In this document: piece after piece, positions 12,395 through 25,074 of the stretch | Position numbering within the stretch: the stretch's first letter is position 1 | How the letters are laid out: the number at the start of each line of letters is the position of its first letter | From: Lama guanicoe | Lineage: Eukaryota | DNA: 64,000 bases | NCBI GenBank assembly: GCA_013239625.1 | Contig: MU057073.1 | Coordinates: 315,412-379,411 of the forward strand | Reading direction: 5' to 3' | Translations under genes and position numbers: made by a program | Notes under the pieces: model-generated | Told to the model about the DNA's origin: nothing | The model's database searches: none | Seen by the model: the letters and a program-made list of their open reading frames with translations, nothing else

Positions 12395-12730
12395 CCTCCG
12401 AGGGCGGGGCCAGGCCAGGGGGCGGAGCCTACCAGAGGGGCAGGGCCTGGGGGCGGGGCAGGGCCTGAGAGCTCCCAGATTGGTCCCCGAGCGGCCGGCG
12501 GAGCGCCAGCTCCCCATTGGTCCCCAGCCTGGGGGGCGGGGCTGAAGCTCCGCCGCGTTCCTGCAGCTTGCCGAGCCAGTGGGGCAGTCTTATCAGCGCG
12601 GGCAGCTGGTGGCTTGTCCGTGCGCTAGCGCCCCGGCCCAATTCAATGGCCATTGTCCGCCGGCCCCTTTGTTCAGGAGGCGGCCACTTCCTGCGGGGCT
12701 GGGCTGGGGCGGGCGGGCAGGAAACGTTCC
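12395..12730. promoter_or_regulatory. Orphan CpG-rich promoter-like module (copy 1)
   Basis: Several GGGCGG boxes; ATTGG at 12479 and 12516; CTTATCA 12589 plus CAGCTG 12603; CCAAT about 12638; ETS CACTTCCTG about 12685. Confidence 0.6.
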
Positions 12731-13677
12731 GAGCCGAGGCCCAGACACCGAGGCCGTCCCAGCCTGGGGTCAGAGGCGACGGCCACCTGCCCGAAGGTCA
12801 CCCTGGGCTTGGGGCTGGGGGCTCCGAACCGAGTCAGGGGGCTGAGCTCAGCCCTTTCCTCTGGGTCTCGGTCTGCCCGTCTGCAGGGCAGGTGGATGAG
12901 CCAGAATGTCCTCTCCTAGGGGAGCTTTGCTGGGGGCCGGGCCCATGAGATCAGATCCTGCAGAGCCGGGGGTGGGACGGGGTAGGGAGGAGGAAGACCG
13001 TCTGGCGGAGCCGTGCCCCTCCCAGGTCTCTCTCCTCTGATGCCTGGCAGGGGTGACAAGCTCCAAGAGGTTAAGAGCAGCTTCACACAGGACTCATGTT
13101 CCGGGCGGGGGTGGGGGGGGACCCAACCCACTGCTTCGCAACAGGAGGGGGAGGAGGAGACCCCAGGCTGGGATGAGGCCTGGGAGGGGAGTGAGGGAAA
13201 CAGCCCCAGGTGCTTCCCCACCTGGGCCAGGCCTCCTGTTCCTCCTTCACCTGGGCTCTGCCATGCAGTCCTGCTCACCATGGACAGACCATCTCCTTGA
13301 GGCCCACACCAGGGGCCTTCTTGTCCCTCACCCCTCTGCTCCAAAGCGCAGGGCTGACCCCTGACCGCAGCTCCAGGGCTCAGGCCTGGGCAGGGACTCC
13401 CCCACTCCTCCACTGGAGCTGGCTCTCAGAGCCCGGCCTCCTCACACAGAGCTGCCCACGTTCACTGTGAGTCCAGTGGCCTCCGAAGGAGTCCCCCAGA
13501 CCACGCTGCCCCCCCCAGAGCACAGCAAGCCACACAGGACCCTTGCAGAGCCAGGAGTTGTGGGGACAGCCGACTGGGCTGCCCTCCAGGGCTGGACTGT
13601 CCTTCCACCCTTCCGGGTGGAGAGAACGCAACGAGGCGTTGACTTCTGATGCTTTTTGACGGGAGCGGCAGGGAGGA

Positions 13678-13796
13678 GGCTTGAATCTAAGTCGGGGAAA
13701 ATGATTCTTTGGGACACTAGTCCACCATCACCTATGTCTGATGGATTTCCGAATAAAGTCGCTATTCCTTGCCCGAAACAAAAAACCAGAAAACCT
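13678..13796 (+). mobile_element. ERV-LTR-like 3' fragment with AATAAA and A-rich tail (copy 2)
   Basis: Duplicate of 12200-12318. Confidence 0.55.
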
Positions 13797-13872
13797 CTTA
13801 GCAGCGTGGCTTCACTGGCGGGTGCAGGGCCCTGGCTGGGCCCAGGTATTCAACACCGCACAGGCCGCCTGC

Positions 13873-14208
13873 CCTCCGAGGGCGGGGCCAGGCCAGGGGG
13901 CGGAGCCTACCAGAGGGGCAGGGCCTGGGGGCGGGGCAGGGCCTGAGAGCTCCCAGATTGGTCCCCGAGCGGCCGGCGGAGCGCCAGCTCCCCATTGGTC
14001 CCCAGCCTGGGGGGCGGGGCTGAAGCTCCGCCGCGTTCCTGCAGCTTGCCGAGCCAGTGGGGCAGTCTTATCAGCGCGGGCAGCTGGTGGCTTGTCCGTG
14101 CGCTAGCGCCCCGGCCCAATTCAATGGCCATTGTCCGCCGGCCCCTTTGTTCAGGAGGCGGCCACTTCCTGCGGGGCTGGGCTGGGGCGGGCGGGCAGGA
14201 AACGTTCC
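13873..14208. promoter_or_regulatory. Orphan CpG-rich promoter-like module (copy 2)
   Basis: Duplicate of 12395-12730. Confidence 0.6.
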
Positions 14209-15227
14209 GAGCCGAGGCCCAGACACCGAGGCCGTCCCAGCCTGGGGTCAGAGGCGACGGCCACCTGCCCGAAGGTCACCCTGGGCTTGGGGCTGGGGGC
14301 TCCGAACCGAGTCAGGGGGCTGAGCTCAGCCCTTTCCTCTGGGTCTCGGTCTGCCCGTCTGCAGGGCAGGTGGATGAGCCAGAATGTCCTCTCCTAGGGG
14401 AGCTTTGCTGGGGGCCGGGCCCATGAGATCAGATCCTGCAGAGCCGGGGGTGGGACGGGGTAGGGAGGAGGAAGACCGTCTGGCGGAGCCGTGCCCCTCC
14501 CAGGTCTCTCTCCTCTGATGCCTGGCAGGGGTGACAAGCTCCAAGAGGTGAAGGGCAGCTTCACACAGGACTCATGTTCCGGGCGGGGGTGGGGGGGGAC
14601 CCAACCCACTGCTTCGCAACAGGAGGGGGAGGAGGAGACCCCAGGCTGGGATGAGGCCTGGGAGGGGAGTGAGGGAAACAGCCCCAGGTGCTTCCCCACC
14701 TGGGCCAGGCCTCCTGTTCCTCCTTCACCTGGGCTCTGCCATGCAGTCCTGCTCACCATGGACAGACCATCTCCTTGAGGCCCACACCAGGGGCCTTCTT
14801 GTCCCTCACCCCTCTGCTCCACGGCTGCCCACTTACCAGGCCCCGTGGGTCAGCCCAGCGCAGCACTCTGGCTGGGCCTCAGTCACATGCTCACCTACAG
14901 CTGACAGTGAGGTCTCTGTGGGAGTGGGTGGGAGATGCGAGGCAGCCCGGGAACCACAGCTCGCCAGTCCTCACTGAGCCAGCCAAGGCATGAACGGTCC
15001 CACCCCCGCCCCCTCTCCCACCGCACAGTAGGGGCTGCTCTTGCCCAGCCCCCAGCCCGCCCTCTCCCCTGTGCCCTGGACCCTCTTGCAGTTCTTTCCT
15101 CTGAACCAACCCCCAACCCATGACCCCCTTGTAAAGCCCTCCCGGGCTCAATCCAACTCAACCAGAAAAAAACACCGCAGGTATTTCAAATGGTGGGATT
15201 TAATGTGAGGAGTCTGTCTGGGAGGTC

Positions 15228-15434
15228 TTTTTTGATTTTGTTTTTGGTGGAGGGGAGGTAATTCGGTTTCTTTATGCATTTTTAAATTAAATATATATAT
15301 AATAAGAATAGATATATTCTTATGTATTTTTAAATTAACTTTTTATCTTACTTTTTAGTGGCGGTACTGGGGATTGAACCCAGGACCTTGTACATGCTAA
15401 GCATACACTCTACCACTGAGCTATACCCGCCCCC
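15228..15434 (-). mobile_element. tRNA-derived SINE (camelid Vic-1-like)
   Basis: Reverse complement reads gggtatagctcagtggtagag...gtcctgggttcaatccccagtac (Pol III A and B boxes), then an AT-rich tail containing aattacctcccc. Confidence 0.85.
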
Positions 15435-18400
15435 TCATCCAGGTCTTAGGAGAGCTGGAGGCTGCCATCTGAGTCCAGAGGAGCCCAGGGGAGAGTTGTC
15501 ACTCAAACCCCACCATGGCTATGTCCCCACAGGGCTGGACCCCTCTGAGCTCAGTTATAGCCGGGGGTTCTGTGCAGAGGTTTCAGACAGAGGACACCAT
15601 CCACGCAGCCAGAACATCCCATGTAAGTGCTTTTCAAAGGGCCTACACACCCACGAGGGAAATGGGGGAGCCGTGCCACCCTGGAGGCTTGGTCCAAGGA
15701 GCTGGGGGTCACAAGGTCCAAGAGAGGCAGTGGTGGCTTGAACTTGACCCCATTTGAGAGGCCAAGTGGGCAGCTGTGAAGAATCAAGGGGAGAGCCGGA
15801 GGATTGGGCGGCTCAGACCACATGCAGGGTGCCTGCCCTTGGGGAAAGCAGAGGGGAGGGGCCCCAGGCTGCCGTTTGGCTGCAGGAAGGGGCCCCTGTA
15901 CCCCTGCCATGCTCCGTCTGTCCCTCTCCAGTGGGCAGCAGCGGGGCTACTGTCAACGGGCATCTGCAGGAGGACATGCTAGCGAAGCCTCATCTCGGCC
16001 ACATGGGCCAGCCCCCCTGGTGTCAGGAACGCCCGCAGAGAAGGGCTGTGTGTCCCCAAAGCAGGGCGGTAGGTCCCCCCACTCTATGCTGTGGGCCCTG
16101 AAGGGGAAGACAGGTGTGAGCCAGGTGAGGCCCCAGAGCTCCTGAAGAGGTATCTGGCCATGGTGGGGTTTCGGGGTGGGGGAAGCAGGAGCCTCAGAAG
16201 GCAGGAGGGGGCCAGTCAGGGCCTTGCCCGGGGAAGGCCATGGGGCAGTGGGCTGGGGGTGGTGGCCGGGCTGCTCGAGCACGTCCCTGCGCCCCGGGTA
16301 CCATAGAAAAATTGAAATAGAGGTGGGGAGACAGCTGATGGGCTGAGAGCCCTGGAGATGCATCAGAGCTGGGATGTGCAGGGAAGTGGGGACGGGCCGG
16401 CAGCCTGTCCTCGAAGGTAGCAGTGGGTTGAGGGCAGCACCCTTAAGAGCCCCCGTCCAGGGCTGTGTCCCAGCCTCCTGCACCCTGCCCTGCCCCTCCC
16501 CCATGCCCCACAGCATGGGTGCAGGGTCAGATTCCTTCCCCCAGCCCAGGCCCTGCCCTCACACCTCTTCTCCAGAAGGGAAGGACCACCCAGGGAGGGA
16601 CCCTCAGGATCCTGTTCCCCACCCTCTGAGCAGGTCAGACACCCCCTGGGTCTGACCACCTGGGCCATTCAGGGCTGCATGTCACCCAGGCTGGACCTTC
16701 CGGTGGGCACCAGGCACCTGCAGCCTCAGTCCCTGTGCTGTGGCCCTCATCAGCCATGACCACTCAGCCTCCCCATATCAGGGGATGTTCCCTAGGCCAC
16801 CCTCCCCTTCTCGTCCAGAATGTGGAAGGAGGCCCAGGGGTTGCTGCCCCTCCCTGGAGCCTACTCCGTCCCCCCAGTAGCCGTGGCCTGCCCTCACCAT
16901 AGCCCCTTGGTGCTCAAGCCCACAGGCACCCCATCCCTGGACAGAGGCTTGTGGACCACTCTGCCCCTATACTCTCTGTCCCCCAAGAAGCTCTCATGTC
17001 CTCCTGGCTGGCTCCTCCTCAGCTATTAGCACTGTCCCCGGGGCCCCCTCCTCCAGGAAGCCCCCCACTCCCTCTCCTAGTGCTGCTGCCGCCCGAATAG
17101 CTCGGGAGTCTCTGCAGATATTCAAGCTGCTGGGGTTGGCGCCTAAGCCAGGGAGGAGGACAGGGGTTTGGAGGACGGCTGGCAGACCCTCACCTGGCCC
17201 GGGGCCCGGTGGTGCAGGACCCTCGGGGCACCCAGCCCTGGCAGACTTGGCCAGGAGCTCCTCTTTGTGGGCGGTCGCTGTGTGAATCACCCCTCAGGCA
17301 CAGGCACAAATGCAGGAAACCGCCATTCTGTTAAACTCTATTTTCCCCGGCAGAGGGGAAAGTCCGTCACACGAAGACCATTGTCCCCGGGCTCCTGCTT
17401 TCCGGGTGGGCTCCGCGGAGATGGGCTTGCGGGCTGCTGGGGCTCCTGGCTGAGCAGTTTCCCTTCGAGACCCAGGGGCGCCTACTGGGGGGGACTGTGG
17501 GGCCCGGTCCAGCCACCAGCCCAGGGCGACACCAGCAGGGCCAGGAGGCGGTGCACGCCCCAGGAGCCCGAGCTGCGCTGGGGCCGAGTGAGGTCAGAGC
17601 TCAGGTCCAGCACCCCACCCCCACATGCTCCACCTGCCCTCAGGCGTCCAGCCCAGGCCCGCCCCAGGATTCCCCCCATCCCTGGGAGGAAGCCCCCAAC
17701 CCCACCCTCCACCCCCTGCAGCCAGGGGACTCTGCCCGTGGGCTTGCTGCTCTCCTGGGGCCCTGCTGCAGTTGGGGGACTATGTCCAGACTGTGCCCTG
17801 CCCCCAGGGGAGGTGGACGGGCAGGCAGCCCTCACAATCTGTCCCACTCTTGCCCCGGGGCCTAACGTCGAGTTCCACCTGGCGCGTGGGTTACCACGTG
17901 GAAACGGGGCAATGGTGGTGCCTGAGCCGTAGCTCAGCCAGACATGGGGAAAGATGGGTGACCGAGGGGCCACCATGGGCACCCAGAGCGGTGCTGGTTA
18001 AGGGTTGTGGACAACAGGCACCCCCTCCCCACATCCTGGGGGACCCCCGTGAGGAGTCTGGGCAGCTAGTGGTGCAGGGGTGGGGCCACCCCAGTACTGG
18101 CCCCAGATTTGAGTTGGGGCTGGTGGAGGTGGGGCAGGGGCTGAGGCTGGGTGGAGGGGGGCTGGACTGGGGACTTAGTATGGGTGGAGGTGAGTGAGGC
18201 TGGACTGTGGGTCCAGGCGCCAGTGGACTCCAGGGAGGGTAGGAAGAGGGCCCCGCCCCTGGCCTGAGCACGTCTCTCCCAACCCAGCAAGCTCCAAGGG
18301 GCAGCCTGGGCGTTCAGGCCAAGGAGAAGAAAGAAGCCGCATGGCCCAGCTATTCTGGGAGGGGCTCCAAGGATAAGCTCAAAAGGCAAGGGCTCAGGAA

Positions 18401-19164
18401 GCCAAAGGAAGCCTTTGGGAGGTGCTTTCAGAGAAGGGGTCGGGGGGAGGTTGGGAGGGACAGAGAGCCCCCACTGTGGTCACAGTGGAGATGGACAGAG
18501 CTCACCACCAGCACCCTGATCGCGTTTCCCCGAAGGAGAACAAAATGGCGGAGGCGACTGTCACAGACACAAAGTCTGAGGATCTGCCTGCATGACAGAC
18601 GGGGGGCTCGGCGGAGTGTCCTCATCCCCACGCACCCCTGCCACCTGCCCACCCGCCCGCTGGCCCTGCATGCCTGCCCGGGTCACATGGACCCTCGCCC
18701 TCCGTCCTTCTTGCCCCTCACACACCTCCTTCAACCTGGCTGCTCTGAGCAAATCCTAGATGTCACTGCACACTTCAGCCTGTATCTCTGAGGCGTGGTT
18801 TCCCAGAGCGTAACTGTGACGCGCACGAATCCAGGCAGCGTTCTCGTCCCTGGACAAGGCGAGGGAACCCTTCTGCACTGCTGGTCTGATGACCCACACG
18901 AGGCCCACGCCTTGTGACTGGCTGGCGCGTCTCTTGGATCTCTTTATCCTCAGTTTCTCCCTCCCGGTGGTCTTGAGTTTGCCCCCAACCACATATCTGT
19001 TCTAGACCAAAAGTGGGGTGTGGGTGTGCTTGGTGTGGGGTGAGCCCGCATCAGTGGCTCTTCTGCCAAGAGGAGCATGCTGTCTGGTCGTCTTTTTTGT
19101 CTGTTGTGTTTTTGTGTGTGAGGTTAAATATAGCTAACATAAAGCAGACTATTTTAACCATTTT

Positions 19165-19480
19165 AAATTAGGAGAAAGAACATTTCTGAGATGAACAGCA
19201 GATCAAAAACATGTAACACGTGTGCAACCAGAAACACAGCCTCAGAAGACAGAAAGCGATGATGCCAACTGACCCTGCAGCGGTGCTTGGAGGTGGACAC
19301 ACGCCAGCCCCTCTCTCGGACGCCGGCAGCTCCAGCATCCACAAGCAAAGACGTGGACAATTTGGACAACACGAGAGATAGAAAAAGGCACTCATTTTTT
19401 TTCTTTTTTAGTACAGATGGGACACTCTCCAAATCAACGGTATGAGGTCCCCAGAGAGGCCTCAGGAAGGCCTGAGGAGC
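19165..19480 (+). mobile_element. Degraded ancient L1 ORF2 endonuclease-region fragment
   Basis: A-rich; resembles the recalled L1 EN segments NIYAPN and FFSSAHGTFSKIDH at DNA level; no intact ORF. Confidence 0.55.
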
Positions 19481-19544
19481 AAAAGCAGCCACCCTGGAGG
19501 TGTGCAGGTAAGTAAGTGATATTCACAAATTACAGATTAAAGGT

Positions 19545-19760
19545 ATTTCCAACTGAGAATTCTGCTCCTGGCCCAGCTGTCATGCAAGGATGAGGGTATA
19601 ACAAAGATATTCTCAGATATGCACAGTATTAAAATGTATCTTCCACCCATTGTATCTCAAGAAGCTACTGAAGGATGTGCTCCATTAAAATGAGGGTGTA
19701 AACCAAGAAACAGAGAGACCAGCATTCGGACCCCCTGTGTCTAACACAGGAGGGGGAAGT
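19545..19760 (+). mobile_element. HAL1 / old L1 ORF1-end fragment
   Basis: agaattct...aagctactgaaggatgtgctccattaaaatgagggtgtaaaccaagaaa resembles the recalled HAL1 consensus. Confidence 0.65.
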
Positions 19761-20719
19761 GAGTTCCCAGGGGCTTGTCAGGGGAGACGTCTGCCAGACA
19801 GCTGTGCCCTGTGAGCATCGGCTACCCACGTCAGACCGCGTGACACGAGAGATGGCACCTCTAGGGCAGCTGAGGATGTGGCTTCCCCCAGACGCATCTG
19901 CTTGACCCATGCTGACCCACCCTGGAGGACGGGAGAGGGCTCTGGTGGGCTTGGAAGCAGAAATATAGGATGGCCCACGCCCCAGCTGGATGCCCCGCCT
20001 GTGGGGCCTGGACGCCCGTAGGCCACCTGTGTCCCTGCCGAGTGATGGCCCCAGAACAGCTCCTGAAACTCCCCGCAGCTTCCAGGGTACTAGCAACACG
20101 TCTGTCACGACCTGGCTCCTGTGTGTCCCTTTTACTGGTGTTCTTTAAACTGTACATGACATGGACCAGCCCGCAGAGCTGGCACACAGCTCTTAGGAGG
20201 AAATCCGACACCGGTAGAGCAAAGGGACCCTCTGGGGACACGGGGCACCATGGAGACACCGAGCCTCTCCCAGGTGATCTGCAGACCCAATGCCGTCGGA
20301 GTACACATGCCTGCCACTGGTTCGTCCCACCTGTTCTGACATTTGTGTGAGAAAGAGAAGGTCCATGATAAATGAGTTAATTGTGAAAAAACTGTACAAT
20401 GAGGTATGAAGATGCGCTGGAAACCGCGGCAACGAAGTGGGGTGACGCTGGCGCAGGAGTCGGCCCAACGGCACTGGATGGACAATGAAGGCTGAAGGCA
20501 GACTCCTGGCCACTTGCAGTCACTCACTCGTGTGGCCCAGGCCAGAGGCCCGAGGGCTCCCCTCCGGAGCCACTGAAAGGCCCAAAGAAAAGACCCCCGT
20601 CTCAGGTACTGGAACGTGGGGGCCCCGTAAGGGGGCGGGTCTGACAGCTTGCAGTGCAGCCCCGAGTTAACAACACAGTCAGGGCTGCCCCCAAGTCCTG
20701 AACTCAAGGAAACAGACAC

Positions 20720-21310
20720 AGAGAGCGTGGGCCAGAGAAACCCAACCGTACCACCCCTCAGGGGTAAGACACTCCCACCCAACAAGGATGTGCTGCAAAG
20801 AGAAAGAGGGAGAGAGAACAGACACCACGGGGTTAAAAACCTGATGGCAGAAACTTGGGGAAAAAACGAAGGATTGAAAGATGAAATGGAGAAACTCTCC
20901 TGCATGGCAGAACTGAAAGGCACAGAGTCGTAAATGCAAGGGAAGCTAAGACAGTAAGGGGCTCATTCATGAGACTAAGCACCCAACTGATTGGAGTTCC
21001 AGACAGAAGAGAGAGAACGGAAGGGGACAGAGGATACAGGAAACCACTCACACAAGTTTCCCAAACGGAAGGGCGCGCGCTTCCAGACGGAGGCGGTCAC
21101 CAGCTACTCGGCCAAGGGTTGAGAAACCCAGTTGCAGGCAGGACGTTATGGAACTTGGGGACCCAAACGGCTGTAGAGGGAAGGGAAGGTCAGGGATTGG
21201 GGCAGCTCAGCGGTCAACCTGACACGGGAAGCCTTCATCGTGGGAAAAAGTTTCCAGCCACGATTAACCATCCGGTCAGTGAGGGGCTGGTGACATTTCC
21301 ACACCAGTGT
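20720..21310 (+). mobile_element. HAL1 / old L1 ORF1 fragment
   Basis: Purine-rich; ...aactgattggagttccagacagaagagagagaacgg... resembles the L1-type ORF1 IGVPE region. Confidence 0.55.
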
Positions 21311-21534
21311 AAACTCCCAAGTCATCAGTTTCCATGAGGCATTTTGAGGATAAGGAGGAAGTGGACAGGGAAGGGGGAGGCATGGAGCCAGCGACCCTGG
21401 GACGGAACTCAGCAGGGAGTAGTGAGGGAAGCCCCTGGGTCCTGGACAAGGGGCACCAGCCCAGGGTCGAAGGAGGAGAGCCCCGGGGGCTGGCGCCAAG
21501 AAAAACTGCAAGGAGGACCAGGTACGTCGACCTT

Positions 21535-21974
21535 GGTGGGGGCAATCAGTTCCCCCAGAGAAACAGAACACGTGTGTGTATACAGTACACGTGAAATAGG
21601 AGATATATATATATATTTATTATGAGGAATTAATTGGGGCTCACGCAGCAGTTACAGAGACAGACAACTGCCCAGGTCCGCAGCCAGCTCACTGGAGCCC
21701 AGGGGAGCCGCTGGTGTGTGTCCCCGCCGAGTCCGAGTCTGCAGGCAAGAGGAGACCGCAGTCCGAGCTGGAGGACCACGGCAGGGAGCGCAGACCCTGC
21801 ACTCATTCTGCTCTGTTCGGGTCTCCAGAACTGGATGAGGCCCATCGCGTGGTGGGAGGGCATCTGCTTTCCTCAGTGCGCCTGTCGCCACCCAGACACA
21901 CCCAGGATGATGTCCCGCTACATACCAGGGCACCCGTGGCCCGGCCAAGTTCATACATGAACTTAACCATCACA
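21535..21974. mobile_element. MLT2-type (ERVL) solo LTR
   Basis: ccagagaaacagaac...atttattatgaggaatt...ggatgaggcccat...gagggcatctgcttt...ttaaccatcaca terminus. Confidence 0.8.
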
Positions 21975-22349
21975 GAAGAGGTGAGGATTACATCAGAAAA
22001 TCACAGGTGCAAGGAAGGGTAACCTGAACGCACTTAATGCGCCACGGGGTGCGCGCTCTCATAAAAGACACCGGCACCCAACTCTGACTCAGCAAGAGAT
22101 CCTGAGCTGGACACACCGGGGGAGAAGGCAAGGGACGTGTCCACACACAGGAAAAGACAAAGCCTCCCGGCCGCCAGGTGATGGCCCCATGCCATCGTCT
22201 ATACCCACACCCGCCCACCTCACCTCCTCTTCACAGGCCTAGCCTCAGGGCTGGGGGCGTTCACCCTCCCTGGGGTGTGCTCAGGGAAAGTTTTGCCCCA
22301 TGCCCTCTGGTCCAGACCTTGGAGGTGAATAGTCATTGGTCCACACAGT

Positions 22350-22630
22350 GAGAGCTTCTGGGCAAGTGTTCCCTCCTAATTTGCAGAGATACCCCTCCCT
22401 TCACCGAAGCTGCAGGATCTGTAGATGATGCCTGGGCCACAGCAGCCATGTTGTGATCCTGAGGCTGAGTAGGGGGCTGAACTGCCATGCATGGGGGAGG
22501 TGCTCTATGGACAGCTCCAGGGCCTCGTCCTTCCAGATTTCTCGTGTGAGACTGCCAACCCCGAGCTGTCTGAACTATTGGAGGTGGCTCTCCTGGCAGC
22601 CTGTGGCTGAGCTTGCCTGACCACACTGCA
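22350..22630 (+). mobile_element. MLT1-type MaLR LTR fragment
   Basis: cagcagccatgttgtgatcctgagg ... ccttccagatttctcgtgtgaga motifs. Confidence 0.45.
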
Positions 22631-22888
22631 GGCAGAGGGAAAACGCTACCACCAATAAATCCAGAAACAGCTGCGCGAGCACACACCTGGAGGGACCCAC
22701 CAGAAGCACAGCCTGAAGGGTTGACAGTGGCCACCTCTGGGGGCCGAGGTGTGGAGATGGGTGGGCCAGGGACTAGCAGTTCTGGGTATGCATCTTGTGC
22801 TAATATTTAACATTTTTCTTTTTCCTGTTGCCATGTGCGTGCATCACTTTGACAGAAATTAAAATTAACTGAAAAAAAAATCAAAACA

Positions 22889-23025
22889 GGGGAAGGGTAT
22901 AGCTCAGTGGTAGAACGCAGGCTTAGATGCACAAGGTCCTGGGTTCAATCCCCAGTACCTTCATTAAAAAAAAAATGCAAAACACCCAAACCCAAACCAC
23001 CACCCGCAAAAAACACCCACCCCCC
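22889..23025 (+). mobile_element. tRNA-derived SINE (camelid Vic-1-like)
   Basis: ggggaagggtatagctcagtggtagaacgcaggcttagatgcacaaggtcctgggttcaatccccagtacc plus A-rich tail. Confidence 0.85.
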
Positions 23026-23949
23026 ACCAAAGTTCCCTAACTCAGTTGAAAAGAAAAGGCTCCTCTCGGCGCCCAGCAGAATCACGGGTTTTGTGTGGCC
23101 TCCGCTCCCTGCTGCTGCCCCTGGCACCCCCGAGGTCCCCAGAAGGTGGCCCTGCTGTACTGGGGTCCTCAGCCCCTTCGCTTAGCAAAGCAGACCTCGG
23201 CGCCCAGCCTAGCTGCCCTCTGCCCCCTGCTGCAGGGACGAAGAAGTTACGACTCACCCCCCACTTTCAGGGCAGCCTGTCGTCCGTAACCAGGTGGCCC
23301 GAGTCCGGCCCCTGCCAGCCGCCCCATGCACGCTCCTCCTCCCCTGGCTCCCTGCCTGTGAGGTATCATTCCTCCTCTGGGATGTCCATGGACCCCTACA
23401 GCTCACCGCTGTCACCCCTGGCGTCCTGCCCAACCCCTCACTCTGGGCCCGTCCTCAGGCGTCCCCTGCACCCCTCCTGCCACCAGCGCCTGGACTCCAT
23501 GCCCACGGCCCTGGCCTTGACCCTCCGTGTCCCCTCTGGCTCAGCCTGTGTCTGGGCATTAGTTCTCTGCCTGCTGTGGACTCCTAGCCTCTGACTCCCC
23601 TGCTTCCTCCCAGGCTCCTGCTGCCCTTCATCCCTGGGGTCTGTCACATCAGGAACTAGCATCCTCATCTCTCTGGACCCACGGGCTGCCCACCACTCAC
23701 TCTGGGGAAGGAAGGAAGGAAGCCAACATCCACCTATCCGCCTGCCCAGGCTTCTGGGCACTGCCCGAGGGCATCCTCCAGCCTGGCGCCACCAGGAAGC
23801 CCCAGGCACCAGGCTACCGGGACCCCAACCCCTTTGGGACCACGTGCAGCCACCCACTCCTCCCACCCTGGTCTGGACAGACGACCAGAGAAAAGGGAGT
23901 CAGCAGACCCCTCCCACAGGATCCCACCGGCTCCCGGGATGCCTCCCCC

Positions 23950-24372
23950 TGCCCTCCCCATGTCCACACCGTGATCCCCGGAACCTGGGAACGTGAAACC
24001 TTGCATGGCCGAGACGAGACTCTGTGAAGGACCGGAGATGGGGGATCCTGGCGGACAGAGGGGGGCCAGCGTCGACAGGGGGTCCTTATGGGGGAAAGTA
24101 GGTGGGTCAGAGCAGAGGAAACAAGGCAGCAGAACAGGGCTGAGGTGCTGCTGCCGTGAAGACGAGGACGGGCGGGGGGCCACTGCCTCAAAAGGCTGGA
24201 AAAGGCCGGGAACGGAGTCCCCCCCCAGCAGGCTTGCAACCCTAGGCACATCTTGGCTTTAGCGCAGTGAGGCTGCGTTGGGCTTCTGTCCTCAGAGCTG
24301 TCGGGTGACATCTGTGCTGCTTCAAGCCACCAAGTCTAGGTGGCTGTTTTGGCAGTGCTGGGGCCCTGACAC
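23950..24372 (+). mobile_element. MLT1C/D-type MaLR LTR
   Basis: ccccggaacctgggaacgtg ... aggctggaaaaggccgggaacggagtc ... tgctgcttcaagccaccaagt. Confidence 0.6.
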
Positions 24373-25074
24373 CCAGGTCTCAGCAGGATCTCAAAGCCTC
24401 CACATTCCCAGATCCAGAGGTGGCTTCCCAGAGGGCCCCCTGGTGTCCACCAAGTCCCCCTTCCCCCGGAGAGTGGCCCTCCACGCAGGCTCCTCCTCTG
24501 CACCTGCTCCCGAAGGGCCCGAGGTCACCCACCTACATGGCCACCACTCTGTACAACGGCCAAAGCCCCTCTGAAGGTCTCCTACTCTCCCTGGCCCAGG
24601 CAGCCACAGTGACCTCAGAGAGGCACGGCCTGACCACCATGCCCCTGCCTGGAGTCTTCCATGGCCCCCAGTGCCCTGTGAGAGGGCCCAGCACAGCCCT
24701 GCCGGCTGCCCCAGCACCATGGACCCCTCTTCCATCCTATCCTCCTCCTTCATTCTCAGGTGTCTGGGAACAGCACCTTCTCAGCAGGGCCACCCCACGG
24801 CCCAGCCCTCCTCTCCCCGAAGCCCTCTGAGCCCCCGCCCCAAGCTGCCCGGCACACAGCAGGCACTCTGGAAAAACGGGTGGACTCCTTTGTCTTTTCC
24901 CTGCTTCCTGTGTCTGACTATGGCCTCACCGGAGACGCTGCACTGCACCTCCTGCCCCAGGTCCACAGTTAGACCTACCATGACGGGTCCCAGGGTGTGT
25001 GGGAAGATGGGGCTGGGTGGCCGGAGGTGGCATGAAACATCCCTGAAGGGTCTCACTGATACACTTTTCCTTAA

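Larger units (their letters stand above)
11867..14821. repeat. Tandem duplication, period 1478 bp (copy 1 11867-13343, copy 2 13345-14821)
   Basis: Sequence and ORF track repeat at a +1478 offset. Only two differences seen (13072 T vs 14550 G; 13076 A vs 14554 G). One extra A at the junction (13344). Confidence 0.97.

Noticed and set aside
22889-22965. tRNA gene-like sequence (also 15360-15434 on the minus strand)
   Set aside because: A and B boxes are present, but the acceptor stem does not pair and an A-rich tail follows, so it is a SINE
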